A DNA stretch of 64,000 nucleotides from Myxococcota bacterium. GTDB taxonomy: Bacteria > Myxococcota_A > SURF-8. A program made the position numbers and the translations under genes. Positions 33,401 through 41,383 of the stretch are shown here, piece after piece. The stretch lies in NCBI GenBank assembly GCA_963674735.2, contig CAXXQS010000002.1, forward strand, positions 736,001-800,000. Reading direction: 5' to 3'. The notes beneath the pieces were generated by a model. That model had not been told where the DNA came from. It searched no databases and saw nothing but the letters and a program-made list of their open reading frames with translations. Position 1 is the stretch's first letter. Each line of letters starts with the position of its first letter.

Positions 33401-33814
33401 CTCCCAAATTTCTTCTTCACGTTCGATGAAGATGATGTCGCCGTCGGCAGGCTTTTCAAAATCCAATTCGCCATACTCGTCCGCATCCACCTCCTCATCG
33501 TCGAGTCGCTCTTCATCCCAATCTTCATCTCCATCGGGAAGATTATCGGGCACACAGGCATCGTTCGTGCAAACATACCCCTGCGGGCAATAGCCGCCAC
33601 AATCCGCATCGGTGTCGCGCTCGCAGCCATCGGGGCAGTCACCATCCACCGCAGGTAAATCCCCATCCTCCAACGGCAAACACCGGTCATCACTGCAGAT
33701 GTAGCCTGCCGGACAATACCCACCACACAGATCGAGGGTCGATCCCGACGTACATCCACTCACCAGCACCATTAGTAAGCCCAACAAGCCGATCCAATAA
33801 CGGTTCCGCATCAT
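30425..33814 (-). CDS. Lipoprotein with Cys-rich repeats, FGE-sulfatase (SUMF1-like) domain and 14 WD40 repeats
   Basis: Lipobox LVSGC; MDATEVT..Y, HPI..IDW.DA..YC, GLYDLSGNVWEW, RGGSF, LGFRCC; 14 (G/S/A)H...FSPDG...W repeats. Confidence 0.88.
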   Translation of the reverse strand: MMRNRYWIGLLGLLMVLVSGCTSGSTLDLCGGYCPAGYICSDDRCLPLEDGDLPAVDGDCPDGCERDTDADCGGYCPQGYVCTNDACVPDNLPDGDEDWDEERLDDEEVDADEYGELDFEKPADGDIIFIEREEEIWEDEQEDGDNEFDEELEPIDPCESVVPGQGQVCVPNPPEVGGYYLMDATEVTRLQYEAYLDALTDFSQADDPDCAWNEDPTPDYRDSWPISTEGDHPIVAIDWCDAKAYCAEKGKRLCHGSYDLHDEAAESEWYNACSRQGERTYPYGDTFAGSACNGVETGLRLTWSVGEQAACQGGYSGLYDLSGNVWEWTDACEGAGDGGYCLIRGGSFTDNFNGGNLRCEDFYIYDRDSRYYNLGFRCCSDEPVYADGDVDGDDESESAEFVEVAQPDCSCDEAGVCCDGCVPINEGGTCNDSDAATGDDRCLSGSCVGMTLACIGQSDLTGCADDLPATYATHCFDETCTGISLDCLGVACEGAYECCQDAYCAKDAGEQMGICRAGYALQGGGMDPTKIRYSSDAKLLASVGGGQVRIWETATWGLIRVLTGHAQRITDLAFSPDGSRIATAGADRSVRLWRVSDGGVERELPGHSEEVNAVAFSPDGAYLATGSYYYDAVDEINKGELWLWDLADGTVERTFDGLKGAVNDLAFSPDGTWIASAGKDPDLGGVVVIWQVADAQVLRSIPSHPDRVTSVAVSPDGSILASASVCGYYCVNTLKLWNVADGSSLRVIDAHVDELKDLTFSPDGTRIATAGYDYVIKVWRVADGGLDLSLFTSPQRAWAVAFDPNGSILAGARADNRIDLYRLADGEIERTVTGHAGRVNSLALDAGGFVLASASSDGAVKLWRVQDRKEIGHLPMDAGAVYTLGISPDDHWLVAGGKDGEIKLWRLGDGAFWRDLDGLEDDVYAAAFSPDGTRLAAGGGEGIVRFWDMSDGALLADEVVVSGEIRALTYSPDGARLVVGGQTLAADGLIALYDSATFAQVDTFDSHTAQVNSLVFTPDSELLFSASDDQSVKVWQVSSGLLLQTLTDSTMEVESLALSQNGQLLAGAGGDATKGEVLIWRTSDGILARELVRNGSGINAVVFTPDSATLITGNWESGIHFWDVDDLNP

Positions 33815-33978
33815 CGTTTTCCCTGCCGTTTGTCGAGAGTTTCTTCCCGTCTTCCCATCCTAAAACGCAACACTGCACTCAAAGCTCGTATCCAAGACTT
33901 TCCAAAGAATAAGGATAGTTGTCGAAAAAAAGCTATTCCGACTATAAGCCTGACAATTTTAATTCCCTGCAAAAACGA

Positions 33979-35220
33979 TCAGGCGGAAAGAATCGAGAGG
34001 GTTGCCTCGACGACGGTGGGATCGAACTGCCTCCCGATCTGGCGTCTGAGCTCTTTAAGGGCCTGCTTCCAGTCGCGACGGCGTTGATAGGGACGCTGGC
34101 CGGTCATGGCGGTAAAGGCGTCGGCCACACGAACGATGCGGGCGGCAAGGGGAATGTCGGCTCCCGCCAGCGAATCGGGATAGCCGCTGCCATCCCAATT
34201 TTCGTGGTGGTGGCGAACGATCCGGGCCACCTCGCCCAGTCCGCTGACCCGCTCGATCAATTGTTCGCCCAAAACCGGATGGCGCCGCACCCGGAGACGT
34301 TCTTCTTCACCTAAGGGGCTGGATTTCGAGAGGATATCGCCACGAAGCGACACCTCTCCCATGTTCTGAAGATGGCTGACCCATTGGATCTCTTCGCGCT
34401 GCTTCTTTGTCAGATCAAGCCTTTCAGCCAGCGAGTCGGCCAATCGAGCCACTTGGGATGCATGGCCTTGCAGATAGCGACCATTGCGCGTATCGATCAG
34501 ATCCGAAATGGCCGGCAAGGCGCGCGCCCAAAGGTTATCGCGCTCCATCAACCGCACATCACGTAACTCCTGACAGATGCCTTCTATTTCCTGGCCGATC
34601 CGCTCGGGTTGTAAAAGCAAGCCGAATGGGAGCGATCCCGTTAGCATCTCTTCAAACAAGTGTAAAAGGCGAGGAGCGAAATCTTCCCCCGATAACGGCA
34701 GAAGACTGTTTAGAATATCCTGTTCAGACTCCGGCCGGTCGGCACGAATCACCAAATCGACCTGATCGGCAAAACGCAGAATCTGAGCCCCCAGTTCGAT
34801 CTCTTCCCCAGCCAATCCGTGTGGATAGCCGCTGCCGTTGATGCATTCATGATGTTGCAGGACCAGCATCGCCGCAGGCCGAACCCCGGGCAGACGACGA
34901 ATGAATTCATGCCCGAATATCGGGTGAAAAAACAACGGACTATGGGCTTTCTGATTGATGACGGCCGGGTGCGCAGCCAAAACATGAACGACATGCTGCC
35001 TGAAATGCAAGGCCCCGCTGTCGGCCAGCATGGCGGCGATAAACACCAAGGGAGCTTCGAACGCCGAAACCCGCTGTGCCATGCGATAAGCCACCAGAGC
35101 GACCCGCCAGGCATGATTGAGCTGTCCGTCACTCTCGATATCCAACATCAATCCCACCGACGCAAATAAATCGGCCGGGTTCACCTGAGATTGATCGAGC
35201 GCTTTTGCCATCCGGACCAC
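33979..35220 (-). CDS. Tandem HD-GYP domain protein with degenerate HD dyads
   Basis: Two HHExxxGSGYP motifs and IPLAARI.RVADAF.AM...RPY; HD positions read LADSG and LQNMG. Start GTG 35220 after GGAG, or ATG 35211. Confidence 0.85.
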   Translation of the reverse strand: MVRMAKALDQSQVNPADLFASVGLMLDIESDGQLNHAWRVALVAYRMAQRVSAFEAPLVFIAAMLADSGALHFRQHVVHVLAAHPAVINQKAHSPLFFHPIFGHEFIRRLPGVRPAAMLVLQHHECINGSGYPHGLAGEEIELGAQILRFADQVDLVIRADRPESEQDILNSLLPLSGEDFAPRLLHLFEEMLTGSLPFGLLLQPERIGQEIEGICQELRDVRLMERDNLWARALPAISDLIDTRNGRYLQGHASQVARLADSLAERLDLTKKQREEIQWVSHLQNMGEVSLRGDILSKSSPLGEEERLRVRRHPVLGEQLIERVSGLGEVARIVRHHHENWDGSGYPDSLAGADIPLAARIVRVADAFTAMTGQRPYQRRRDWKQALKELRRQIGRQFDPTVVEATLSILSA

Positions 35221-35465
35221 CTGACTCTCCCTCTGTCTGTCGATTGCACCGCAATCGTAGCCCAAGCGCGCCGCTAACGCAACGCTGAGCTGTAAAAGAT
35301 CGCAAATTCAATCCACCTGAAAAAGAAGAAGACCGAAGTCCCCAAAACAGGCAAAGCTGTCGCGCGTTAACAACCGCAAAATCCCATGATTTGACAAAAT
35401 CCTGTTGCAGGGTCAGTATGGAGGCATGATATGGAAACCCCAAAAGAATATGGAGTGCAAAACCC

Positions 35466-36347
35466 ATGATCAAATCAATGACTGGTTTCGGTTCAACCGA
35501 TCTGGCGGTGGGGGCCTTTCACCACCGCATCGAGCTACGTTCCGTCAACAGCAAGTTCTGCGACATTAAAGTCAAAACACCCCCCGACATGAACGGCCTT
35601 GAGCAGCGCATCATGGCCAAAATTCGGGAGAGACTGGCTCGCGGACGCGTGGATCTGCTGGTTTATCGTGAAGCGGCCGAAATGGACGTCCCACGCGCCG
35701 TGACGGTCAACTGGGATCTGCTCGACCAATATTTCAAAGCTTACCGGTCGATCCGCGAAAAATACGGCGTCAACCAGGATATCAACCTGAACAACATGAT
35801 CAACGCCCGCGAGGTCGTCACCTTGCAACGCCAGGCCGGAGATCTCGAAAGCATGTGGAAGAGTCTGGAGCCCGGTATCGATACCGTGTTGGATTCCCTG
35901 ATCGACATGCGTGAGAACGAAGGGCGCTTGCTGGCGGTAGACATGGCCGGACGCCTGGATATCATCAAGAAAATCGTCGGCAAACTCGCCGTTCTCGCTC
36001 CTGAAATGGTGGAAATCTACAAGAAGCGTTTGGAGGAAAGAATCGCGGCGCTTTTACCGCAAGGCGGAGTCGATGAGACGCGTCTGGCGCAAGAGGTTCT
36101 GTTTTTCGCCGACCGCACCGACATCACGGAAGAAATCATCCGCTTGAAAAGTCATATTCAACAGTTCCTGACTTTTCTCGACATCGTAGAGCCCGTTGGG
36201 CGCAAGCTGGACTTCCTCATCCAGGAAATGAACCGTGAAATCAACACCATCGGTTCAAAAAGCAGCAGTGCCGAAATCTCGCAGATGGTGGTGGAAGTGA
36301 AGAGCGAACTGGAAAAACTGCGCGAGCAGATTCAAAACGTCGAATAG
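35466..36347 (+). CDS. yicC: YicC/YloC family endoribonuclease
   Basis: IKSMTGFG, SVNSKF, RGRV, DITEEI.RL.SH, GRKLDFLIQEMNREINTIGSK, EKLREQIQNVE. Confidence 0.96.
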   Translation: MIKSMTGFGSTDLAVGAFHHRIELRSVNSKFCDIKVKTPPDMNGLEQRIMAKIRERLARGRVDLLVYREAAEMDVPRAVTVNWDLLDQYFKAYRSIREKYGVNQDINLNNMINAREVVTLQRQAGDLESMWKSLEPGIDTVLDSLIDMRENEGRLLAVDMAGRLDIIKKIVGKLAVLAPEMVEIYKKRLEERIAALLPQGGVDETRLAQEVLFFADRTDITEEIIRLKSHIQQFLTFLDIVEPVGRKLDFLIQEMNREINTIGSKSSSAEISQMVVEVKSELEKLREQIQNVE

Positions 36348-36371
36348 CCGGGGAATAGGAGATCGCAAGAC

Positions 36372-37010
36372 ATGAGCGAAGAGAGGGGAGAAAAGCTGTT
36401 TGTCGTCTCAGCGCCTTCAGGAGCCGGGAAATCCACCCTGACCCAGGCCGTGGCCCAAAAGCACCCGGAAATTCGACTATCCATCTCCTGTACCACCCGC
36501 ATGCGTCGTGGCGATGAGCAAGACGGGCGTGAATATTACTTCCTAAGCGAAGAAGAGTTTTCCGACCGCGTCAACCGTGGCGATTTTCTCGAATGGGCGC
36601 AAGTGCACGGAAACCGCTATGGAACCAGCCGCGAATTCGTCAACCGTCTGCTTCAGGATGGTTTGAAAGTCTTATTCGACATCGACGTTCAGGGGGCCGA
36701 CAAACTCAAGCAGGTTTACCCCGACGCCACCCTGATTTTTATCGCTCCGCCCAGTCGAGCCGAATTGAACCGGCGACTACGCGAACGTAAAACCGATGAT
36801 CCGGCAGAAATAGCCCGGCGGCTCAACAATGCTCTCGGTGAGATCGTTTTAGCGCGCCGCTATGACTTTGTTGTCATCAATGACGATCTAGCCACCGCCA
36901 CCGCCGAATTGGAATCGATTCTGCTCGGTCGTCCCGCGGTAAAAGCCGATCGGGACGCCGTGCTCGACCAACTGCTTCGGGAATTCAAGGATGCCGCAGC
37001 CACCGATTAA
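36372..37010 (+). CDS. gmk: Guanylate kinase
   Basis: SAPSGAGKST, SISCTTR..R..E.DGREYYF, FLEWA.VHGN.YGT, DIDVQGA. Confidence 0.97.
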   Translation: MSEERGEKLFVVSAPSGAGKSTLTQAVAQKHPEIRLSISCTTRMRRGDEQDGREYYFLSEEEFSDRVNRGDFLEWAQVHGNRYGTSREFVNRLLQDGLKVLFDIDVQGADKLKQVYPDATLIFIAPPSRAELNRRLRERKTDDPAEIARRLNNALGEIVLARRYDFVVINDDLATATAELESILLGRPAVKADRDAVLDQLLREFKDAAATD

Positions 37011-39177
37011 AAAACGTTTTCGCGAGGTGCTGGCCAGCATCGTCGCGTATCTGCCAAACGCGGATGTGGAACGTCTGGAGCGGGCCTTCAACCAGGCCAT
37101 GCTTTGGCATGGAGCCCAGAAGCGGCAATCGGGCGAGCCGTTTATTCTCCATCCTCTTGAAGTCACTGCGATTCTGGCCCAATTGCGGCTCGATCAGGCA
37201 AGCCTGATCACGGGACTTCTACACGACAGCATCGAGGACACGGAAGCGACGCGCGAACTGGTCGAAAAGCAGTTCGGCAAAGAAGTCACCTTTCTGGTTG
37301 ATGGCGTTACCAAACTGACCCGACTGGATTTTCACACCAAGAAAGAACAGCAGGTTCAAAGCTTCCGCAAGATGTTTCTGGCCATGGCCAGCGATATCCG
37401 CGTCATCCTCGTCAAGCTGGCCGACCGTCTGCACAACGTCCGCACCCTGACCGGGCTGACCAGCGCGGATAAACAACTCGATCTGGCCCAGGAAACCCTC
37501 GATATCTATGCCCCGATCGCAGGCCGCTTGGGTATCCATTGGCTGCGCGTGGAGTTGGAAAACCGCGCCTTTGCCGCATTGATGCCCGAGCAGTACCGGG
37601 AAGTCGACGAATTCGTCACCCGTTATGTCAAAGAACAGGAAACATTTATTCATGGAACCGAGGAACGGTTGCGTGAATTGATGGCGGAACACGACATCCA
37701 GGCGAAAGTTTATGGTCGCACCAAGCATTATTTCTCGATTTTCCGCAAAATGCAGCGAAAGAATCTGCAACTCGACCAGATTTACGACATCATCGCCTTT
37801 CGCGTCATCATCCAGAATCTCGATCAGTGTTACCAGGCACTGGGGGCCGTCCACGCCGAATGGCGACCCATCCACGGCATGTTCGAAGATTACATCGCCA
37901 TGCCCAAACCCAACGGCTATCAGTCGCTGCACACCAACGTCATCAGTCATTACGGCGACCGCATGGAATTGCAGATCCGCACCGAAGCCATGCATGAGGT
38001 GGCCGAAAACGGAATCGCCGCCCACTGGCGTTACAAGGAAGGCCAGAAACAGGGATCCTTCGATGCCAACGAACAAGCCCAAATCAACTGGCTACGCCAA
38101 CTGATCGAAATTCACCAGGAAATGGACGACCCGGGCGAGTTGCTCGAATCCCTGAGGCTCAACCTTTTTTCCGGCTACGTGTTCGTTTTCACCCCTCAAG
38201 GCGAAGTCATCGAACTTCCGCGCGACAGCACTCCCATCGACTTTGCTTTCGCCGTCCACACCCAAGTGGGCCTCCACTGCGCCGGGGCGAAAGTCAATAG
38301 CCGCATCGTTCCCTTGCGTTACAAGTTGCACAACGGCGATGAAGTGGCGATCATCACCAACAAGAACCAGCGTCCCAAAAAAGAATGGCTGGATTTCTGT
38401 CAGACCAGCCGAGCCAAGAACAAAATTCGCCATTCCATTCGCGAAGAAGAACGCGAGCGTAGCCGTGAACTCGGACGTGAGCTGGCCGAACGGGAATTCA
38501 AACGTGTCGAGTTGAATTTCAACCGCCTGCTGAAATCGGGCGACCTCGACCGGGCTGCACAAGAGTTGAAAGCAAAGAATATCGAGGAGTTCCTCATCAC
38601 GCTGGGACGCGGCGGAAAACGCGTGTCCGACCTGTTGCGCATTATCGCACCCGAAAAAGTGGAACTGCCTCCCCCCGAGATTCCCGGATTATCGCGCGCG
38701 GCACAGAAATCCAAGCGTAGAAAATCACGTTCCGGCATCAAGATTTCCGGCATCGACGACCTGCTGGTGCATTTCGGAAAATGCTGTAATCCCATTCCCG
38801 GCGACGCCGTGGCGGGTTTCGTCACCCGCGGACACGGCATCACCATTCACCGCACGGATTGCTCCAAGATGCCGCGTGAAGAATCGGAGCGCATCCTGGA
38901 AGCTTACTGGGACGAAAAAGACGACATGGAGATGCCGGTCAGCATCAAAATAACCTCCCAGGATCGCCCCGGTATATTACAAGCTTTGACCGAAGTTTTT
39001 TCTAAAAATAACGTCAATATCAGTTCCGTCCAAGCCCAGACCGTAGACGGCATCGGCACCAGCCTGTTCCGTTTTCTGGTCAAAAACCTGGACCAGATGG
39101 ACACGATCCGCCGTAAACTCCGGCGGGTACGCGGCGTGCTGCGGGTAGAGCGCGTCGTGGATCATCGTCTACGTTAA
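36991..39177 (+). CDS. rel: Bifunctional (p)ppGpp synthetase/hydrolase (long RSH)
   Basis: SGEPFILHP, LLHDSIED, KLADRLHN, YQSLHT, AAHWRYKE, TGS (FTPQG..P.DFAFAVH), CCNP.PGD, C-terminal ACT (DRPGIL). Confidence 0.97.
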   Translation: MPQPPIKKRFREVLASIVAYLPNADVERLERAFNQAMLWHGAQKRQSGEPFILHPLEVTAILAQLRLDQASLITGLLHDSIEDTEATRELVEKQFGKEVTFLVDGVTKLTRLDFHTKKEQQVQSFRKMFLAMASDIRVILVKLADRLHNVRTLTGLTSADKQLDLAQETLDIYAPIAGRLGIHWLRVELENRAFAALMPEQYREVDEFVTRYVKEQETFIHGTEERLRELMAEHDIQAKVYGRTKHYFSIFRKMQRKNLQLDQIYDIIAFRVIIQNLDQCYQALGAVHAEWRPIHGMFEDYIAMPKPNGYQSLHTNVISHYGDRMELQIRTEAMHEVAENGIAAHWRYKEGQKQGSFDANEQAQINWLRQLIEIHQEMDDPGELLESLRLNLFSGYVFVFTPQGEVIELPRDSTPIDFAFAVHTQVGLHCAGAKVNSRIVPLRYKLHNGDEVAIITNKNQRPKKEWLDFCQTSRAKNKIRHSIREEERERSRELGRELAEREFKRVELNFNRLLKSGDLDRAAQELKAKNIEEFLITLGRGGKRVSDLLRIIAPEKVELPPPEIPGLSRAAQKSKRRKSRSGIKISGIDDLLVHFGKCCNPIPGDAVAGFVTRGHGITIHRTDCSKMPREESERILEAYWDEKDDMEMPVSIKITSQDRPGILQALTEVFSKNNVNISSVQAQTVDGIGTSLFRFLVKNLDQMDTIRRKLRRVRGVLRVERVVDHRLR

Positions 39178-39198
39178 TCCAAGCTACGGGAGTTTCAG

Positions 39199-39579
39199 AT
39201 GCCCCGAATTATCCTCCAAACCAAGAAAGCCCCGGCCGCCATCGGTCCGTATTCGCAAGCCGTTCAATACGGCGACCTGCTGTTTATCTCCGGTCAGATC
39301 CCCCTGGATCCCGGCACGATGAAACTCGTTGAGGGAGGAGTGGAAGAACAGACCCGGCGCGTGATGCTCAACCTCCAAGCCATTCTCGCCGAAGCGGGCA
39401 TGAGTTGGGATAACATTCTGAAAACAACCATTTACCTGGCTGACATGGCGGACTTCAAAACCGTCAATGAGATCTATGGCACATTCTTCCCAGAAAACGC
39501 TCCGGCACGCGCCACCGTGCAGGTCGGGCGTCTACCGCTCGACGTACGAGTGGAAATCGACGCCATTGCAGGCCGATAA
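39199..39579 (+). CDS. ridA: RidA family reactive intermediate deaminase
   Basis: APAAIGPYSQAV, SGQIP, F..VNEIY..FF, PARATV, LP....VEID. Confidence 0.95.
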   Translation: MPRIILQTKKAPAAIGPYSQAVQYGDLLFISGQIPLDPGTMKLVEGGVEEQTRRVMLNLQAILAEAGMSWDNILKTTIYLADMADFKTVNEIYGTFFPENAPARATVQVGRLPLDVRVEIDAIAGR

Positions 39580-39594
39580 AGCGGAGAAATAGGG

Positions 39595-39822
39595 ATGGTT
39601 AAAAAGAAACAAGCCGCCCCCGGCGCAATGAAGGGATTGGCCGCGATCCTGCTGATGATCGAAGAAGAAGCCGATCCCACGAAAAGCGCAGCCCTGGAAT
39701 TTGTCTTGAAAGGAAGCGTGGAAAAATTGAGCGTCACTCGAAAAGACGTCGAGCGCTACCTCAAAGAAAACCGAGCGGCGGTCGCCGACGAGTTGAGCCG
39801 AAAGCAGCGGCCGACATCATGA
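39595..39822 (+). CDS. Small hypothetical protein (75 aa)
   Basis: Fills the gap between ridA and mnmE; GGAG upstream; stop overlaps the mnmE start (ATGA). Confidence 0.65.
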   Translation: MVKKKQAAPGAMKGLAAILLMIEEEADPTKSAALEFVLKGSVEKLSVTRKDVERYLKENRAAVADELSRKQRPTS

Positions 39823-41207
39823 CCCGCATCACCGACGACACCATCGCGGCGGTCACCACCCCGCCGGGCTCGGGTGGGGTGGGCATTATCCGCATTTCGG
39901 GAGAATCGGCCTTTGCGATCCTCGATGCGCTGTTCCATCCCGTCGCACGGAAAACCCAAGCCACCCACGGGCGCTCCGTACCCGGTACGATCGTCGATCC
40001 GACCGATGGACAACGGCTCGACTTCGTCCTGGCCCTACGTTTTTTTGCTCCCCATTCCTACACGGGGGAAAACGTAGCTGAAATACACGCCCACGGCGGC
40101 CGCCTGAACCTTGAACAGATTCTGTCATTGTGTCTGGCCCACGGTGCCCGCACGGCGCGTCCCGGTGAATTCACCCTGCGCGCCTTCCTAAATGGCAAGC
40201 TCGATCTGACTCGCGCCGAGGCGGTGCGGGAAGTGATCGAAAGTCAAACCGCCGCCGCCTTAAACGCTTCACGCCGCCATTTACAGGGCGATATCGCCAC
40301 CTTGTGTGAAACCGCGCGCGAATCCCTACTCGACATCCTGGCTCATATCGAGGCGCTGATCGATTTCCCCGAAGAAGATTTGCCGCCTTCCGCCGCCGCC
40401 GATTATAGCGAAACGATCCAAACCGTATCCCACACCCTGGGCCGTGCGGCCGACAGCTACGAGCGGGGACGACTCTTGCACGAAGGAGTGGAAGTCACCA
40501 TCGTCGGCGCACCCAACGTAGGAAAATCGTCGCTCCTCAATCGCTTGCTGCGTTCCGAACGCGCCATCGTCACCGACCAGCCGGGCACCACCCGCGACAT
40601 GGTCGATGGCATCATCGATCTGGCCGGGCTACCGGTACGTTTCGTCGATACGGCCGGACTGCGCGAAGCCGCCGCCGATCCGGTGGAAGCCATCGGCATG
40701 CAGCGTGCATGGAATCGTCTGGCGCAAGCCGATCTGGTGCTGTGGGTACTTGATGGCTCGCGCCCCCTGACAGACAACGAGCGCACACTGGCGACGCGCC
40801 TGGCTCCCCAGCGCGGCATCGCCATCCTGAACAAAGCCGACCGCCCGACCGCTTTGGATGTATCCGAACTGATACAGCTTGTCCCGGACTGGCCGACGGT
40901 TACGCTTTCCGCCAAAACCGGAGAGGGAATCGACGGACTCGAAACAGCGCTGAATCGTTTACTGGGCATGCCGTCGGTGGATTCCGATGAATTGTTGCTC
41001 ACCTCAGCTCGCCATCAACAGGGCTTTCGTCTGGCCGAACAGGCGTTAACTCGCACCCTGAATGCGCTGGAAAAAGGCGAAAACGCCTGGGAACTCATGG
41101 CCGCCGACCTTCATGAGGCACTCAACGCCCTGGAGGATCTGGTCGGCATCAGCACCCCCGATGACATCCTGCATCGCATTTTCTCGCGTTTCTGCATCGG
41201 CAAGTAA
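39819..41207 (+). CDS. mnmE: tRNA modification GTPase MnmE
   Basis: DTIAA..T..G.GG.GIIRISG, SYTGEN..E...HGG, GEFT.RAFLNGK, G.PNVGKSSL, GTTRD, DTAG, NKAD, IFSRFCIGK. Confidence 0.97.
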   Translation: MTRITDDTIAAVTTPPGSGGVGIIRISGESAFAILDALFHPVARKTQATHGRSVPGTIVDPTDGQRLDFVLALRFFAPHSYTGENVAEIHAHGGRLNLEQILSLCLAHGARTARPGEFTLRAFLNGKLDLTRAEAVREVIESQTAAALNASRRHLQGDIATLCETARESLLDILAHIEALIDFPEEDLPPSAAADYSETIQTVSHTLGRAADSYERGRLLHEGVEVTIVGAPNVGKSSLLNRLLRSERAIVTDQPGTTRDMVDGIIDLAGLPVRFVDTAGLREAAADPVEAIGMQRAWNRLAQADLVLWVLDGSRPLTDNERTLATRLAPQRGIAILNKADRPTALDVSELIQLVPDWPTVTLSAKTGEGIDGLETALNRLLGMPSVDSDELLLTSARHQQGFRLAEQALTRTLNALEKGENAWELMAADLHEALNALEDLVGISTPDDILHRIFSRFCIGK

Positions 41208-41383
41208 TCTCCCATCCCACATGGGAATTGATTTCATTGGATAAACATGTCATCCTGAGAACGTTCAAACAGAGTTTTGGATCGGTAAGATGTTTCGTAT
41301 TATTACGGGAAGAGATCGTTCCACTATCGCGTCCACCCTGTAACCGATCATTTGCAACCGATCGGCCGATGAGGAGAAGCGTG

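Noticed and set aside
39595-39822. Small ORF as a displaced rpoZ
   Set aside because: It lacks the omega pattern (RY/F.LV..AA.RARQL, K....AL.E).
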